Made by a program: the position numbers and the translations under genes
Source: Elusimicrobiota bacterium
GTDB lineage: Bacteria; Elusimicrobiota; Endomicrobiia; Endomicrobiales; JAPLKN01
Assembly (NCBI GenBank): GCA_042562855.1
Contig: JBHPNE010000003.1
Coordinates: 6,366 to 70,365 of the forward strand
Length of the DNA: 64,000 bases
Reading direction: 5' to 3'
Shown here: positions 1 through 10,222 of the stretch, in pieces
How positions within the stretch are numbered: the first letter of the stretch is position 1
How the letters are laid out: the number at the start of each line of letters is the position of its first letter
Notes under the pieces: generated by a model
The model's database searches: none
What the model was told of the DNA's origin: nothing
The model's input: the letters and a program-made list of their open reading frames with translations, nothing else

Positions 1-1
1 T

Positions 2-316
2 TCCTTTAACAATACAATAGTTACTATTACGGACGAGAAGGGGGCAACGTTAGCGTGGGCTTCCGCCGGGACAAATGGTTTTAAAGGCACAAAAAAAGGT
101 ACTCCATTTGCAGCCCAGATGACGGCATCATCAGCAGGAAAAAAAGCAGCTGACGCCGGCGTTAAGCAGATCACCGTTCTAGTTAACGGACCCGGACCGG
201 GAAGAGAAACGGCAATTCGTGGTTTGCAGGCTTCAGGGTTAACAATTACATCAATTAAGGATATAACACCTATGCCTCATAATGGGTGTCGTCCGCCAAA
301 ACCGAGAAGGGTATAA
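2..316 (+). CDS. rpsK: 30S ribosomal protein S11, 5' end cut by the window edge
   Basis: The frame is open from base 2. Translation [49 protein letters not shown]...CRPPKPRRV is the conserved S11 body. It is followed by rpsD-rpoA-rplQ. Confidence 0.95.
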   Translation, partial: SFNNTIVTITDEKGATLAWASAGTNGFKGTKKGTPFAAQMTASSAGKKAADAGVKQITVLVNGPGPGRETAIRGLQASGLTITSIKDITPMPHNGCRPPKPRRV

Positions 317-343
317 ATTGCAGTAAACGGAGGAATTAGATAA

Positions 344-967
344 ATGTCGCGTTATTTAGGTTCGGCTTGTAAACAATGTCGTCGTGAAAAAGACAAATTA
401 TTTTTAAAAGGCGAAAGATGTTTTACCGCTTGTGCTCTCGATGGCAAAAGGGGTAAGGGTCTGCCTGGTCAGCATGGACAAAAAAGAAAAAAAGAATCGA
501 ATTATGCAAAACACTTGAGAGAAAAACAGAAAGCTCGCAGGATTTACGGTTTAACGGAAGAACAGTTCCGTCATTATTTTGAAAGAGCCGACAGGATGAA
601 AGGCCTAACAGGTGAAAATCTTTTTAAGCTGCTCGAGCTTAGGCTTGATAATATAGTTTACCGTATGGGTATTATAACTTCAAGAAAAGCAGCAAGGCAG
701 ATGGTAGGCCATGGACTGGTATTGGTCAATGAAAAGCGCATTAATTTACCGGGTTATCAAGTTAAGCCCGGAGACAAAATATCCGTTAAGGAAAAAATGA
801 AGGAAAACGTTCTTGTAAAAAGATCCCTGGAAAAAGGAGATAAATTTCCTTCTTGGTTAAATTTTGACAAAACCAGCCTGATTGGGTCCGTAGTCAGCGA
901 TCCTCAAGCGGCAGAGTTTTCTCATCCAATAGACAGTCAGCTAATTGTAGAATTGTATTCGAAATAA
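344..967 (+). CDS. rpsD: 30S ribosomal protein S4
   Basis: 207 aa. Cys-containing N-terminus MSRYLGSACKQCRREK and an S4 RNA-binding domain (LDNIVYRMG...ARQMVGHG). GGAGG-like RBS and alpha-operon context. Confidence 0.97.
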   Translation: MSRYLGSACKQCRREKDKLFLKGERCFTACALDGKRGKGLPGQHGQKRKKESNYAKHLREKQKARRIYGLTEEQFRHYFERADRMKGLTGENLFKLLELRLDNIVYRMGIITSRKAARQMVGHGLVLVNEKRINLPGYQVKPGDKISVKEKMKENVLVKRSLEKGDKFPSWLNFDKTSLIGSVVSDPQAAEFSHPIDSQLIVELYSK

Positions 968-991
968 TAATTATCATAGTGAGGTTATAGA

Positions 992-1960
992 ATGAAAATG
1001 CCAGATTTAGAAAAATTGCGTAAATTGACGATTGATGAAAAAACCGCTACCTCCTCGTATGCTCGTTTTGTTGCCGAGCCTTTTGAAAGAGGGTACGGAC
1101 ACACTATTGGAAATGCTTTATGCAGGATTCTGCTTTCAAGTATTGAAGGTGCTGCAATTTCAGCTGTCCGTATTAAGGGAGCCATGCATGAATTTGCTGT
1201 CTTAAAAGGCGTTAAAGAAGATTCCGCCAGTATAATTTTGAACATCAAACAAATCAGATTGAAGATGTTCTCAGGCGGTTCTGAAACATTATTTTTGAAG
1301 GCAAAAGGTGAGGGGAAAATTACCGCAAAAGATATTGAAAAAAATGCAAACATTGAGATTTTGAATCCTGATCAGGAAATTGCCAACCTCGACTACGGCG
1401 GATCATTAGAGATAGAAATGGAAGTGTCTAAAGGCAAGGGATATGTAATGGCCGATGAGAATAAAACCGGAAAAAGTTCTGCCAATACTATGCTTCTTGA
1501 TACGCTTTTTTCACCAGTAGTAAAAGTAAATTATGAGGTAGAAGATTCAAGAGTGGAGCAGATAACAGATTATGACAGACTAGTTATTGAGATTTGGACT
1601 GATGGTTCTGTTGCGCCGGTTGATGCCCTGGCATACGCTGCAAATATATCAAAAAATTCAGTTTCAATATTTTCAGGACCTGAAACAAAAGAAGAGGTTA
1701 TTGAAAAAGATCCTGAACAGGAAAAATTAACAGCATTATTAGGGCAGCCTTTGGCAATTATGGATCTATCAGTCAGATCTGCAAATTGTTTACTTGCTGC
1801 GGGGCTTAAAACTGTTGGAGACCTCGTAACAAAAAATGAGGATGAAGTCTGCAAGTATAAAAACTTTGGCCAAAGATCAAAAAATGAGATAAATGATAAA
1901 CTTAAAGAGCTTGGGCTATCTCTTGGAATGACTATCGAAGAGGATAACAACAATGATTAA
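992..1960 (+). CDS. rpoA: DNA-directed RNA polymerase alpha subunit
   Basis: 322 aa. N-terminal domain motif FVAEPFERGYGHTIGNALCRILLSS and C-terminal HhH domain LSVRSANCLLAAGLKTVGDL. Confidence 0.97.
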   Translation: MKMPDLEKLRKLTIDEKTATSSYARFVAEPFERGYGHTIGNALCRILLSSIEGAAISAVRIKGAMHEFAVLKGVKEDSASIILNIKQIRLKMFSGGSETLFLKAKGEGKITAKDIEKNANIEILNPDQEIANLDYGGSLEIEMEVSKGKGYVMADENKTGKSSANTMLLDTLFSPVVKVNYEVEDSRVEQITDYDRLVIEIWTDGSVAPVDALAYAANISKNSVSIFSGPETKEEVIEKDPEQEKLTALLGQPLAIMDLSVRSANCLLAAGLKTVGDLVTKNEDEVCKYKNFGQRSKNEINDKLKELGLSLGMTIEEDNNND

Positions 1961-2306
1961 GAATTTGAACGGAAGAAAACTTTCTGTTACGTCTTCACAT
2001 AGGAAAGCTATGCTTAGAAATCTTACAACGTCTCTTTTCCAGCATGAAAAAATAAAGACTACATTACCAAAAGCTAAAGAACTTGTGAGATTCTCAGAAA
2101 AGCTTATAACATCAGCCAGACCCGCTGATTTGAATGCAAAAAAAGCAGTCGCCCGCGAGCTTAAAGACAAAGCTGTCATAAAAAAAGTTTTTGATGTGCT
2201 TGTTCCAAGATATGAAAAACGCAACGGCGGCTATACGAAAATATTTAGGCTTGGAACACGTATTGGCGATCGTGCTGAGATAGCTTTAGTGAAACTAATA
2301 AGCTAA
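1953..2306 (+). CDS. rplQ: 50S ribosomal protein L17
   Basis: 117 aa with [28 protein letters not shown], typical of L17. Overlaps the rpoA stop by 8 nt. Confidence 0.96.
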   Translation: MIKNLNGRKLSVTSSHRKAMLRNLTTSLFQHEKIKTTLPKAKELVRFSEKLITSARPADLNAKKAVARELKDKAVIKKVFDVLVPRYEKRNGGYTKIFRLGTRIGDRAEIALVKLIS

Positions 2307-2323
2307 GCGTTAAATTAAAAAAC

Positions 2324-3355
2324 ATGTTTAATTATTTCTTCAGCCTTTTTTCAAATGATATGGGAATCGACCTGGGCACCGCAACGGTGCTCGTTTACGT
2401 TAAGGGTCAAGGGATAGTTTTAAGAGAGCCATCCGTTGTTGCCATAGAAAAAGAGAGTAGAAATATTTTAGCGATAGGGGCAGAAGCGAAACGGATGCTT
2501 GGCAAAACTCCTGCAGATATTATAGCTGTCAGACCTTTGAGAGACGGCGTAATTGCAGACTTTGAAGTAACCGAACGGATGATTCGCTACTTCATTAAAA
2601 AAGTACATAATCACAGAAGTTTGCTTCATCCGAGAATTGTTGTAGGTGTTCCTTCAGGAATTACAGAAGTGGAAAGGCGAGCGGTTCGTGAATCTGCAGA
2701 GCAAGCGGGAGCACGAGAAGTTTATATTATTGAAGAGCCCATGGCTGCTGCAATTGGCGCAAGAATACCTATTCAGGAGCCCGAGGGCAATATGATCGTT
2801 GATGTCGGCGGAGGTACAACCGAAGTGGCTGTCACATCAATGGGCGGTATGGTTGTCTCAAAGTCTATTGATGTTGCAGGTGATGAGATGGACGAAGCAA
2901 TTGTTCTTTATTTTAGAAGAAAATACAATCTTTTAATCGGAGAAAACACGGCAGAAGAAGTAAAGGTGAGAATTGGATCCGTTTTTCCATTAGAGGAAGA
3001 AACAAGCCTAGAAGTTAAAGGGCGCGATCAGGTGACGGGCTTGCCAAAAACAATAAGTATAACTTCAGAGGAAGTCAGAGCGGCATTATCTGAACCTATG
3101 AAGGCTATCATAGAAGTTATAAGAAATACTTTAGAAGAAACCCCTGCGGAGTTGTCCGCAGATCTAGTTGATAGGGGAATAGTTTTAGCAGGTGGAGGTT
3201 CTCTGTTGAGAGGATTTCCTGAATTACTAACTCAAGAAACAGAATTGCCGGCGAATTTGGCAGAGGATCCACTAACATGTGTTGCTAGAGGAACAGGAAT
3301 GTATTTAGAAGAAATGGATAATTTGCGCTCTTCACGAAAAAAAATTAGATTTTAA
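2324..3355 (+). CDS. mreB: rod shape-determining actin homolog MreB
   Basis: 343 aa with actin-fold motifs [21 protein letters not shown] and [11 protein letters not shown]. Confidence 0.97.
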   Translation: MFNYFFSLFSNDMGIDLGTATVLVYVKGQGIVLREPSVVAIEKESRNILAIGAEAKRMLGKTPADIIAVRPLRDGVIADFEVTERMIRYFIKKVHNHRSLLHPRIVVGVPSGITEVERRAVRESAEQAGAREVYIIEEPMAAAIGARIPIQEPEGNMIVDVGGGTTEVAVTSMGGMVVSKSIDVAGDEMDEAIVLYFRRKYNLLIGENTAEEVKVRIGSVFPLEEETSLEVKGRDQVTGLPKTISITSEEVRAALSEPMKAIIEVIRNTLEETPAELSADLVDRGIVLAGGGSLLRGFPELLTQETELPANLAEDPLTCVARGTGMYLEEMDNLRSSRKKIRF

Positions 3356-3421
3356 ATTTCTTTGAGTTTTTCATATCTGTAAAACTTTCTTCCTTCATGG
3401 GTTTCATCTCATAGGAAGCCA

Positions 3422-4273
3422 ATGGAAGAAACAACGACCTCACGAAAATCAAACCTGACTTTTCTACTGCTAATAGCAATAAGCCTATTTTTTGTAACCG
3501 CGCATCTCACCGGTTATATATGTACAGTAAAAAGATTTCTTTTTTACATTGTTAATCCTGTGCCCTATATCGCAGATACAATAATCGATTCCGGTTACAA
3601 TGTATTAGAAAACATCAAAGAAATAGTTTCGGTTCATCAGGAAAACAAAGATTTAAGGGAAAATATTCAAAAGTATGTACTTGTTGAAAACGATTACAAA
3701 AATGTTAAAGAAGAAAATAAGATTCTGCGTAGAATAGTAAAATTTGCTGATCCAAGGGAAAGAAAAGCTGTTGTTGCACGTGTTATAAACAGAGAGTCGG
3801 ACAGCTGGTTTGAATGGGCTACAATAAATAAGGGTTTAAAAGACGGGCTATTTGAAGATGCCCCTGTTTTGATGCTGGTTGGCGAAAAACCCGTCGTTTT
3901 AGGTCGCACGTGGAAAGTATACGATAGTTTTTCTCAAGTTATTCTCATCACAAATGTTTTGTCTTCAATTCCTGCAAAAATAAAAAACCTCAATGAAGAC
4001 GGTTTAATTGACGGGCAAAATATCGATTCGGTTAAAATAAAATATTTATTACCCGATAGCAGGGTAGACGTTGGAGATGAGATTGTAACAAGTCCAATAA
4101 GTTCCATTTTCCCGCCTAACATACGCATAGGGTATATTTCTCGGCTTGATAAAGCCCAAAAGCATGCCTTAAGGTCTGCAGTTGTCAAAGTATCAGCAAA
4201 ATTAAATTCCATTAGAGAAGTTGTTATTCTTATTCCTGAAAAACAAAATAACAAAAGCGAGCAGAGCGAATGA
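3422..4273 (+). CDS. mreC: rod shape-determining protein MreC
   Basis: 283 aa with an N-terminal TM, a coiled coil (ENKDLRENIQK...EENKILRR) and a C-terminal motif VTSPISSIFPPNIRIGYI. Lies between mreB and mreD. Confidence 0.9.
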   Translation: MEETTTSRKSNLTFLLLIAISLFFVTAHLTGYICTVKRFLFYIVNPVPYIADTIIDSGYNVLENIKEIVSVHQENKDLRENIQKYVLVENDYKNVKEENKILRRIVKFADPRERKAVVARVINRESDSWFEWATINKGLKDGLFEDAPVLMLVGEKPVVLGRTWKVYDSFSQVILITNVLSSIPAKIKNLNEDGLIDGQNIDSVKIKYLLPDSRVDVGDEIVTSPISSIFPPNIRIGYISRLDKAQKHALRSAVVKVSAKLNSIREVVILIPEKQNNKSEQSE

Positions 4274-4794
4274 TTAGAATATTCGGTTATTTAACACTAT
4301 TTGTCATTGGCCTTATTGTTCAGTTCGTATTTACAAAGTATTTTGCACTCTATGGAATAGCTCCAAATTTTTTGTTATTGGCAGTTTTATTCGTCGGAAT
4401 AAAAAAAGGAGCTTTCCCGGGGCAAGTGTTAGGCTTTTCATGGGGATTATCCTGGGATGTGCTTGCAGTTGACCTTTTCGGTGTACATGCGTTTTTATTT
4501 ACGTGTGTAGGCTTTTTTTCAGGCAAGCTTAGCAGAAAATGGGATGAAGGCAAAGTCGGAACGCAGATGGTTGTTACTGGATTTGCCTCAATTACTTTTC
4601 TAATCGGTTTGAGCTTCTTGTACATGTTATTTGGAGAAAACAATTACACTATAAAGTTTAATTATATCGCTATTTCAAGAATAGTGCTTAATATGTTGTT
4701 GGCACCGCTGGTATTTAAAATCGGAGAAGTCATAAATGCGATGTTTGGAAGCAGGCATTCATTAAAATACAATATTGAAGAAAAAAATAGATAG
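4270..4794 (+). CDS. mreD: rod shape-determining protein MreD
   Basis: 174-aa polytopic membrane protein. Its start overlaps the mreC stop (ATGA), and it sits in the canonical position before mrdA. Confidence 0.8.
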   Translation: MIRIFGYLTLFVIGLIVQFVFTKYFALYGIAPNFLLLAVLFVGIKKGAFPGQVLGFSWGLSWDVLAVDLFGVHAFLFTCVGFFSGKLSRKWDEGKVGTQMVVTGFASITFLIGLSFLYMLFGENNYTIKFNYIAISRIVLNMLLAPLVFKIGEVINAMFGSRHSLKYNIEEKNR

Positions 4795-4811
4795 ATAAAT
4801 ATGAGTAAATT

Positions 4812-6578
4812 ATGGTATGGCAGCAGGTAGACAGGATAAATTATGAAGATTTTATTAAAAGATCAAAATTTATCCTATTTTTTATATTAATATTTTTTAT
4901 ACTGATATCTTTCAGGCTTTTCTTTCTTCAGGTCATAAAAGGCAAGTACTATTTCTCAATATCAGAACGTCAGCACACAAGTATTATTATCGAAAGGGCC
5001 CCTAGGGGGGAAATATACGATGTTAATGGTAATTTGCTTGTTCGCAACAAATCCGCTTTTGTTGTTTATTTTTATCCGTTCATTGAATCAAAAACATCTC
5101 CCGACGACATTGTCACGCAATTAAGCACTATACTGGGCAGAAACTTAAGAGTAAACATAAGAAGCGGCTGGCATATTGTAAAACTTGCAGATCTCTCCCG
5201 GGAAGAACTATTTCTTGTCCAGGAGAAACGTCTTTCAATTCCTGGCATTGCTGTTATTGAAGAGCCTGAAAGGATTGCAGAATTTCCGGAAACAACTTCT
5301 CATCTGGTGGGTTATTTAAGCGAAATTGCTCCGGATGAATTAAAAAGACTGTCACATGTGGGGTACCGAATCGGAGATTTGGTAGGCAGGGGAGGACTTG
5401 AACAGCAATACGATGGTCTCATTCGAGGCAAAAACGGCGGATGGAAGGTAGAAGTAGACGCACTGGGTAGGCAGCTTAAAATGCTTAAACACGTTACTCC
5501 TGTTAAGGGCAATAGGCTGTATACAACGATAGACTTAAAGTTGCAGGATATTTGCGCGGACGCGTTAAAAAACTCAAAAACGGGAAGAGGAGCGGTTATT
5601 GCGATGGACCCCAGATCCGGCGCTGTCAGAGCTTTTGTTTCCATGCCGGGATTTAATACAAATTTTTCAACAAGAAAAGAGTTTTATAAATATTTAGAGG
5701 ACGGAAACTACCCTTTCTATAACCGCGCAGTTCAGGCAATATATCCCCCCGGATCGGTATTTAAAATAATAACTTTTATTGCGGGCCTAGCGGAAGAAAA
5801 AATAAGTACAGAAGATAAATATACATGCAGAGGAAATTTTCGTTTAGGCAGGCAAAATTTTGCGTGTTGGCGGAAAAAATCGGGCCACGGCCAATTAGCT
5901 CTAATGCGAGCTTTAGTAGAATCTTGTAACGTATATTTTTATAATATTAGCTTAAAAATCGGCCAAAAGGCATTAGAAAAATGGGCGAGAAAATTTAATT
6001 TGGGGAAAAAGACAGGCATAGATATTCCATCAGAAAAGGACGGTTTAATTCCTTCCTTTGATTGGAAGCTGAATAAGAGAAAGGATACGTGGAAGTTGGG
6101 CGATACGGTAAATATGGCAATTGGCCAGGGTTCTGTGCTCGTTACCCCCATGCAAATGGCATCATTAATATCTACTGTTGCCAATGGGGGCACTATTTAT
6201 AAGCCGTATATAGTAGAAAAAATGCTGGACGATGAAGGAAATGTAGTAAAGGAATATGTTCCGGTAGAGTCAGGCAAAGTTCAGCTTACCGATGAAGTTT
6301 GGGACCTTTTACATGAAGGTCTTGAGAAAGTTGTTTCAAAGGGTACAGGCGGATGGTGCTATTTCAAAAATTTTATGATTGCCGGCAAAACAGGGACTGC
6401 CCAAAATCCCCAGGGCGATGATCATGCATGGTTTGTGTCTTATGCGCCGGCAGAAAATCCGGAGCTGGCTTTAGTGGTTTTGGTAGAAAATGGAGGCAGC
6501 GGAGGTTCCATAGCAGCACCCATTGCAAGAAAAATTTATTGGAAATATTATAGAGATAGAATTAAGAAAGGTAAATAA
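4812..6578 (+). CDS. mrdA: penicillin-binding protein 2 (elongasome transpeptidase)
   Basis: 588 aa with an N-terminal TM anchor and motifs SVFK (SxxK), SCN (SxN) and KTGTA (KTG). mreBCD lies upstream and rodA downstream. Confidence 0.93.
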   Translation: MVWQQVDRINYEDFIKRSKFILFFILIFFILISFRLFFLQVIKGKYYFSISERQHTSIIIERAPRGEIYDVNGNLLVRNKSAFVVYFYPFIESKTSPDDIVTQLSTILGRNLRVNIRSGWHIVKLADLSREELFLVQEKRLSIPGIAVIEEPERIAEFPETTSHLVGYLSEIAPDELKRLSHVGYRIGDLVGRGGLEQQYDGLIRGKNGGWKVEVDALGRQLKMLKHVTPVKGNRLYTTIDLKLQDICADALKNSKTGRGAVIAMDPRSGAVRAFVSMPGFNTNFSTRKEFYKYLEDGNYPFYNRAVQAIYPPGSVFKIITFIAGLAEEKISTEDKYTCRGNFRLGRQNFACWRKKSGHGQLALMRALVESCNVYFYNISLKIGQKALEKWARKFNLGKKTGIDIPSEKDGLIPSFDWKLNKRKDTWKLGDTVNMAIGQGSVLVTPMQMASLISTVANGGTIYKPYIVEKMLDDEGNVVKEYVPVESGKVQLTDEVWDLLHEGLEKVVSKGTGGWCYFKNFMIAGKTGTAQNPQGDDHAWFVSYAPAENPELALVVLVENGGSGGSIAAPIARKIYWKYYRDRIKKGK

Positions 6579-6580
6579 AT

Positions 6581-7927
6581 ATGCGGCCTATAGAAAGGAC
6601 ATTGTTTCGAAGATTTGTTGAAGATACAGACTGGGTATTAGTAGGCGTTGTGCTAATATTGCTCGTATCTGGTGTTTTGGGCTTGTTTTCTGCGACTTTA
6701 AATTTTGGTGATTCGGCAAAATACATGACAACACAACTGGTATCGATTGCCATAGGAATAGTGGGCTTTTTTATTCTTTTGTCTTTTAATTACCAAAATT
6801 TCAAATATTTTAGACCTTCTTTATATGTTCTTTCAATTATATTGCTTGGTTCAGTATTAATTTTTGGGACAACAATGAGGGGCACAAAAGGATGGTTTGA
6901 TTTAGGCTTTTTTTCTCTGCAGCCTGTAGAGCTTACTAAGATAATTTTTATTCTTGTTATTGCGGGGTATTTAGACCTAAAGGCGAGAGAAATCAGGAAT
7001 ATTTCGGTTTTGGTTATATCTTTGCTTTTCCTTTTTGGGCATTTGGTGCTTGTAATGATGCAGCCGGATTTTTCGTCCACCCTTTCATATCTGCCGATTA
7101 GTTTGGTGTTACTCTATATAGCAGGTGTCAATTCTGAATACCTCTTGAGCCTTATTCTTTTTGGCGCCATTGCGGTCGGTATACCGCTCATGAAAACATT
7201 TTTTAAACTTCAGCCGGATCTCTTAAATGTTTCGCCGATTTTACACTACCTGGTAAAATCAACAGAGCATTTTTTTGATGCTATTATTATAGTGTCGATC
7301 GTAATATTGTTGATATTTCTAATATGGTGGTTTTTGATAAGATTTAAGATAAATGTTCCGCTACTGTTTCCGATTATAATTTCGATTATTATTATCATGG
7401 GAAGCGCTGCATCAATGGTGGTTGAAAAGTCCATACGTGAGTATCAGCGTAAAAGGCTCATTGTTTTTTTAAATCCGGAAATTGATCCATTGGGTTCTGG
7501 CTACAATATAATACAGTCAAAAATAGCCATTGGTTCAGGGCGTATAACGGGAAGCGGATTATTTTCAGGAAAACAGACCCAGCTTGGATTCTTGCCTGAA
7601 CAGCATACCGATTTTATTTTTGCGGTTTTAGGGGAAGAAACGGGTTATTTGGTTTCACAGTTTTTGATAATTGTGTATTTTATACTTGTGTGGCGGGCTG
7701 TGGTAATTGCGCGCGACGCGCGGGATAGGTATGGCTCATATGTGGCCAGTGGCATAGCCACTATGTTTGCATTCAGCGGAATTATAAATATTGGCATGGT
7801 AATGGGATTGATGCCTACAACAGGACTGCCTTTGCCTTTACTTTCTTATGGCGGGTCTTCTATGGTATCGTCTCTTTGTGCAATTGGGCTTTTGTTTTCA
7901 ATTCACATAAGACGTTTTACAAATTAA
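6581..7927 (+). CDS. rodA: SEDS-family peptidoglycan glycosyltransferase RodA
   Basis: 448-aa polytopic protein with FtsW/RodA/SpoVE motifs (SGYNIIQSKIAIGSG, PEQHTDFIF, GLPLPLLSYGGSS). Longer than the ~370 aa usual for RodA. Confidence 0.92.
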   Translation: MRPIERTLFRRFVEDTDWVLVGVVLILLVSGVLGLFSATLNFGDSAKYMTTQLVSIAIGIVGFFILLSFNYQNFKYFRPSLYVLSIILLGSVLIFGTTMRGTKGWFDLGFFSLQPVELTKIIFILVIAGYLDLKAREIRNISVLVISLLFLFGHLVLVMMQPDFSSTLSYLPISLVLLYIAGVNSEYLLSLILFGAIAVGIPLMKTFFKLQPDLLNVSPILHYLVKSTEHFFDAIIIVSIVILLIFLIWWFLIRFKINVPLLFPIIISIIIIMGSAASMVVEKSIREYQRKRLIVFLNPEIDPLGSGYNIIQSKIAIGSGRITGSGLFSGKQTQLGFLPEQHTDFIFAVLGEETGYLVSQFLIIVYFILVWRAVVIARDARDRYGSYVASGIATMFAFSGIINIGMVMGLMPTTGLPLPLLSYGGSSMVSSLCAIGLLFSIHIRRFTN

Positions 7928-7996
7928 TGAAATAAAAAAAGAGGAAAATGATCCCAAGGGACAAATCCTATATGAAAAACATTTGGAGGAAATTTA

Positions 7997-9424
7997 GTGA
8001 AAAAAGAAATTATTGTTAATCGTGCAAGTGATGAGATTCGTGTTGCCATAATGGAAGACGGGAGACTCGTGGATCTTTTTATGGAAAGGAGGGAGTCGGA
8101 AAAAATTGTAGGCAATATTTATAAGGGCCGTGTTGTATCAATTCTACCAGGGCTTTCCAGCGCGTTTGTGGATGCAGGTTTGGATAAAAACATTTATCTC
8201 TCAATGGGAGATATAGTTACGGAAGAAAAAGGAAAAAACATTGAAAAAATGATCACGAAGGGCCAGGAAATACTTATTCAGGTTACCAAAGAGCCCATAA
8301 GCACAAAGGGAGCAAAGGGAACAATGGATATTTCGCTTCCCGGGAGACTTCTTGTTTACATGCCCTTTGACAAGCATGTGGGTGTATCAAAAAATATTAG
8401 TTCAAGGGAAGAGTGCGACAGACTGAAAAAAATAATCGAGGAAAAAAAAGATGAGTCTGCCGGAGGCTTTATAGCGCGTACCGAAGCTGAAGGGGCAACG
8501 GATAAAGAAATAAGGCGCGAAATGAAGTACTTGGCTAGACTGTGGGATTCAATTAATCAAAGAACAAAAAAAGCAAAGACCCCATCGTTACTGCATAGGG
8601 ACTTAGGGATAGTATTTCAGACAGTCAGAGATTTTTTTAACGAAGAAACGGATATCTTCTTAATAGATTCTCAGGAAGAATATAATGAGGTGTTAGGTTT
8701 TGTAAAAATTGTCTCGCCCGAACTTTCCGAAAAGGTCCACAGGCATACGGGAAAAACCAGTATTTTTAAAGCCTACGGGGCCGAGGAGCAGATAAAAAAG
8801 CTTAGCTCAAACCATGTAAATTTGCCGTCAGGCGGATACATTATTATTCAGGAGGCAGAGTCTCTTTGTGCGATAGATGTTAATACGGGGCGTTTCAAAG
8901 GCAAGCAGTCTCAGGAAGAAACTGTTACAAAGACAAATATAGAGGCCGCATGTGAAATCGCAAAAGAGATACGCTTGAGAAATATCGGCGGTATTATAGT
9001 TATAGATTTCATTGATATGAGAAGCTCTAAAAACAGGCAGAGAGTTTTGGAGACGTTAAAACTCGCAACAAAAGGCGATAAGGCAAAAATAAAGATATGG
9101 CCAATTACGAAATTAGGCCTTATTGAAATGACCAGGGAAAGAAAAAGAGAATCTTTACTTTCTCTTTTAGGCGAAAAGTGCCCCATGTGCAACGGTTCAG
9201 GGCTTGTCGCATCCAAAGAATCTCTTTTCCTAAATATCAATAACGAATTATCTCATTTAAAACTTAGCAGACACAGCGGAAAAGTACGCCTTAAACTCAA
9301 CCCGAAAGTCGCAGCATATTTTAATGAAAGGCTGCAAAGGCTAAAAAAATCCGTCGGAGCAGAAATTGAGATACAGACCGGCAATGATATTTCCTGGGAA
9401 GATTACCAGATAATAGTGGAATAA
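7997..9424 (+). CDS. rng: ribonuclease G (RNase E/G family)
   Basis: 475 aa with a GTG start behind GGAGG. S1 domain (VGNIYKGRVVSILPGLSSAFVD), catalytic core (CAIDVNTG, GGIIVIDFIDM) and zinc-link CPMCNGSG. Confidence 0.92.
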   Translation: MKKEIIVNRASDEIRVAIMEDGRLVDLFMERRESEKIVGNIYKGRVVSILPGLSSAFVDAGLDKNIYLSMGDIVTEEKGKNIEKMITKGQEILIQVTKEPISTKGAKGTMDISLPGRLLVYMPFDKHVGVSKNISSREECDRLKKIIEEKKDESAGGFIARTEAEGATDKEIRREMKYLARLWDSINQRTKKAKTPSLLHRDLGIVFQTVRDFFNEETDIFLIDSQEEYNEVLGFVKIVSPELSEKVHRHTGKTSIFKAYGAEEQIKKLSSNHVNLPSGGYIIIQEAESLCAIDVNTGRFKGKQSQEETVTKTNIEAACEIAKEIRLRNIGGIIVIDFIDMRSSKNRQRVLETLKLATKGDKAKIKIWPITKLGLIEMTRERKRESLLSLLGEKCPMCNGSGLVASKESLFLNINNELSHLKLSRHSGKVRLKLNPKVAAYFNERLQRLKKSVGAEIEIQTGNDISWEDYQIIVE

Positions 9425-9444
9425 ATTATTTAGAAGGAGGTTTT

Positions 9445-10095
9445 ATGTTTAAAAAAGGTCTATTGGTTTTTATGATTTTGGTTTTATCCGGAAGTATTAC
9501 CGTAGCACTTGCCGGCAGAGGTGGAAATAAGGCAAAGAGAGTAAGGCAAGGCGTGCAAAGCGGAGAGCTCACCCGCGTTGAGGCAAAAAAGCTAAAGCGG
9601 GAGGGAAAGCAAATTAAAAGAATGAAAAATAGAGCAAAAGCAGACGGTGTTGTAACCGAAGGGGAAAAACAAAGAATCAAAGCAAAAACCAAGGCGCATA
9701 GCAGACATATTTATAAAGAAAAACATGACGCTCAAAAATCGGGTAAAAAAGTTGTGGTAAATAAAAATGTTGTAGTCGTAAAACCCAAACACCGTAAAAG
9801 AGTTGTTGTAAACAAAAATGTAGTTGTTGCCCCGGCACCGGCCATGGTTGGAGTAAAAAAGGCCAAGAAGAAAAAAACCCAGATGCAAAGAATCAGACAA
9901 GGGATGAAAAGCGGAGAACTTACCGAATCGGAAGCAAAGGATCTTTTAAGAGGGCAAAAGGAGCTTCAAAAATTAAGAAATGATGCAATGTCCGACGGAG
10001 TCATGACGAAGCAAGAGAAAAAGCTGATAAATAAGAAAAGCAAGGCAGAAAATAAGAAAATTTATGCAGAAAAACACGATGCCGAAAAAAGATAA
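9445..10095 (+). CDS. secreted lysine-rich protein with two ~65-aa internal repeats
   Basis: 216 aa with a Sec signal peptide (...ITVALA) and AGGAGG RBS. Repeat motif R.RQG..SGELT..EAK.L...DGV.T..E....K.....IY.EKHDA.K occurs twice, separated by VVVNKNVVV x2. Confidence 0.8.
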   Translation: MFKKGLLVFMILVLSGSITVALAGRGGNKAKRVRQGVQSGELTRVEAKKLKREGKQIKRMKNRAKADGVVTEGEKQRIKAKTKAHSRHIYKEKHDAQKSGKKVVVNKNVVVVKPKHRKRVVVNKNVVVAPAPAMVGVKKAKKKKTQMQRIRQGMKSGELTESEAKDLLRGQKELQKLRNDAMSDGVMTKQEKKLINKKSKAENKKIYAEKHDAEKR

Positions 10096-10189
10096 ATTAA
10101 AACATTAATTTATCCCACAATTGTATTTGAATTACAGCCATTTTTCTTTTTACAAACACACCTATTAAATACCTTTAAAAACGAGTATA

Positions 10190-10214
10190 AAACAGGTATA
10201 TTCTATACCTGTTT
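10190..10214. promoter_or_regulatory. 25-bp palindrome AAACAGGTATA-TTC-TATACCTGTTT (candidate regulator site, alternatively a weak terminator)
   Basis: Perfect 11-bp arms read directly. It lies 9 bp upstream of a TTGACA box. The core CAGGTATA/TATACCTG recurs at 21212-21231, with half-sites at 17164-17256. Confidence 0.55.
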
Positions 10215-10222
10215 CTTAATTC

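Noticed and set aside
10190-10214. Reading the AACAGGTATA palindromes simply as intrinsic terminators of the upstream genes.
   Set aside because: This is not fully excluded for 10190, which has a T-rich tail. However, the stems are AT-rich, the 21212 copy lacks a U-tract, the core sequence is shared between sites, and both sit at a fixed distance class from near-identical -35 boxes. The sites are therefore kept as a regulatory-site hypothesis.
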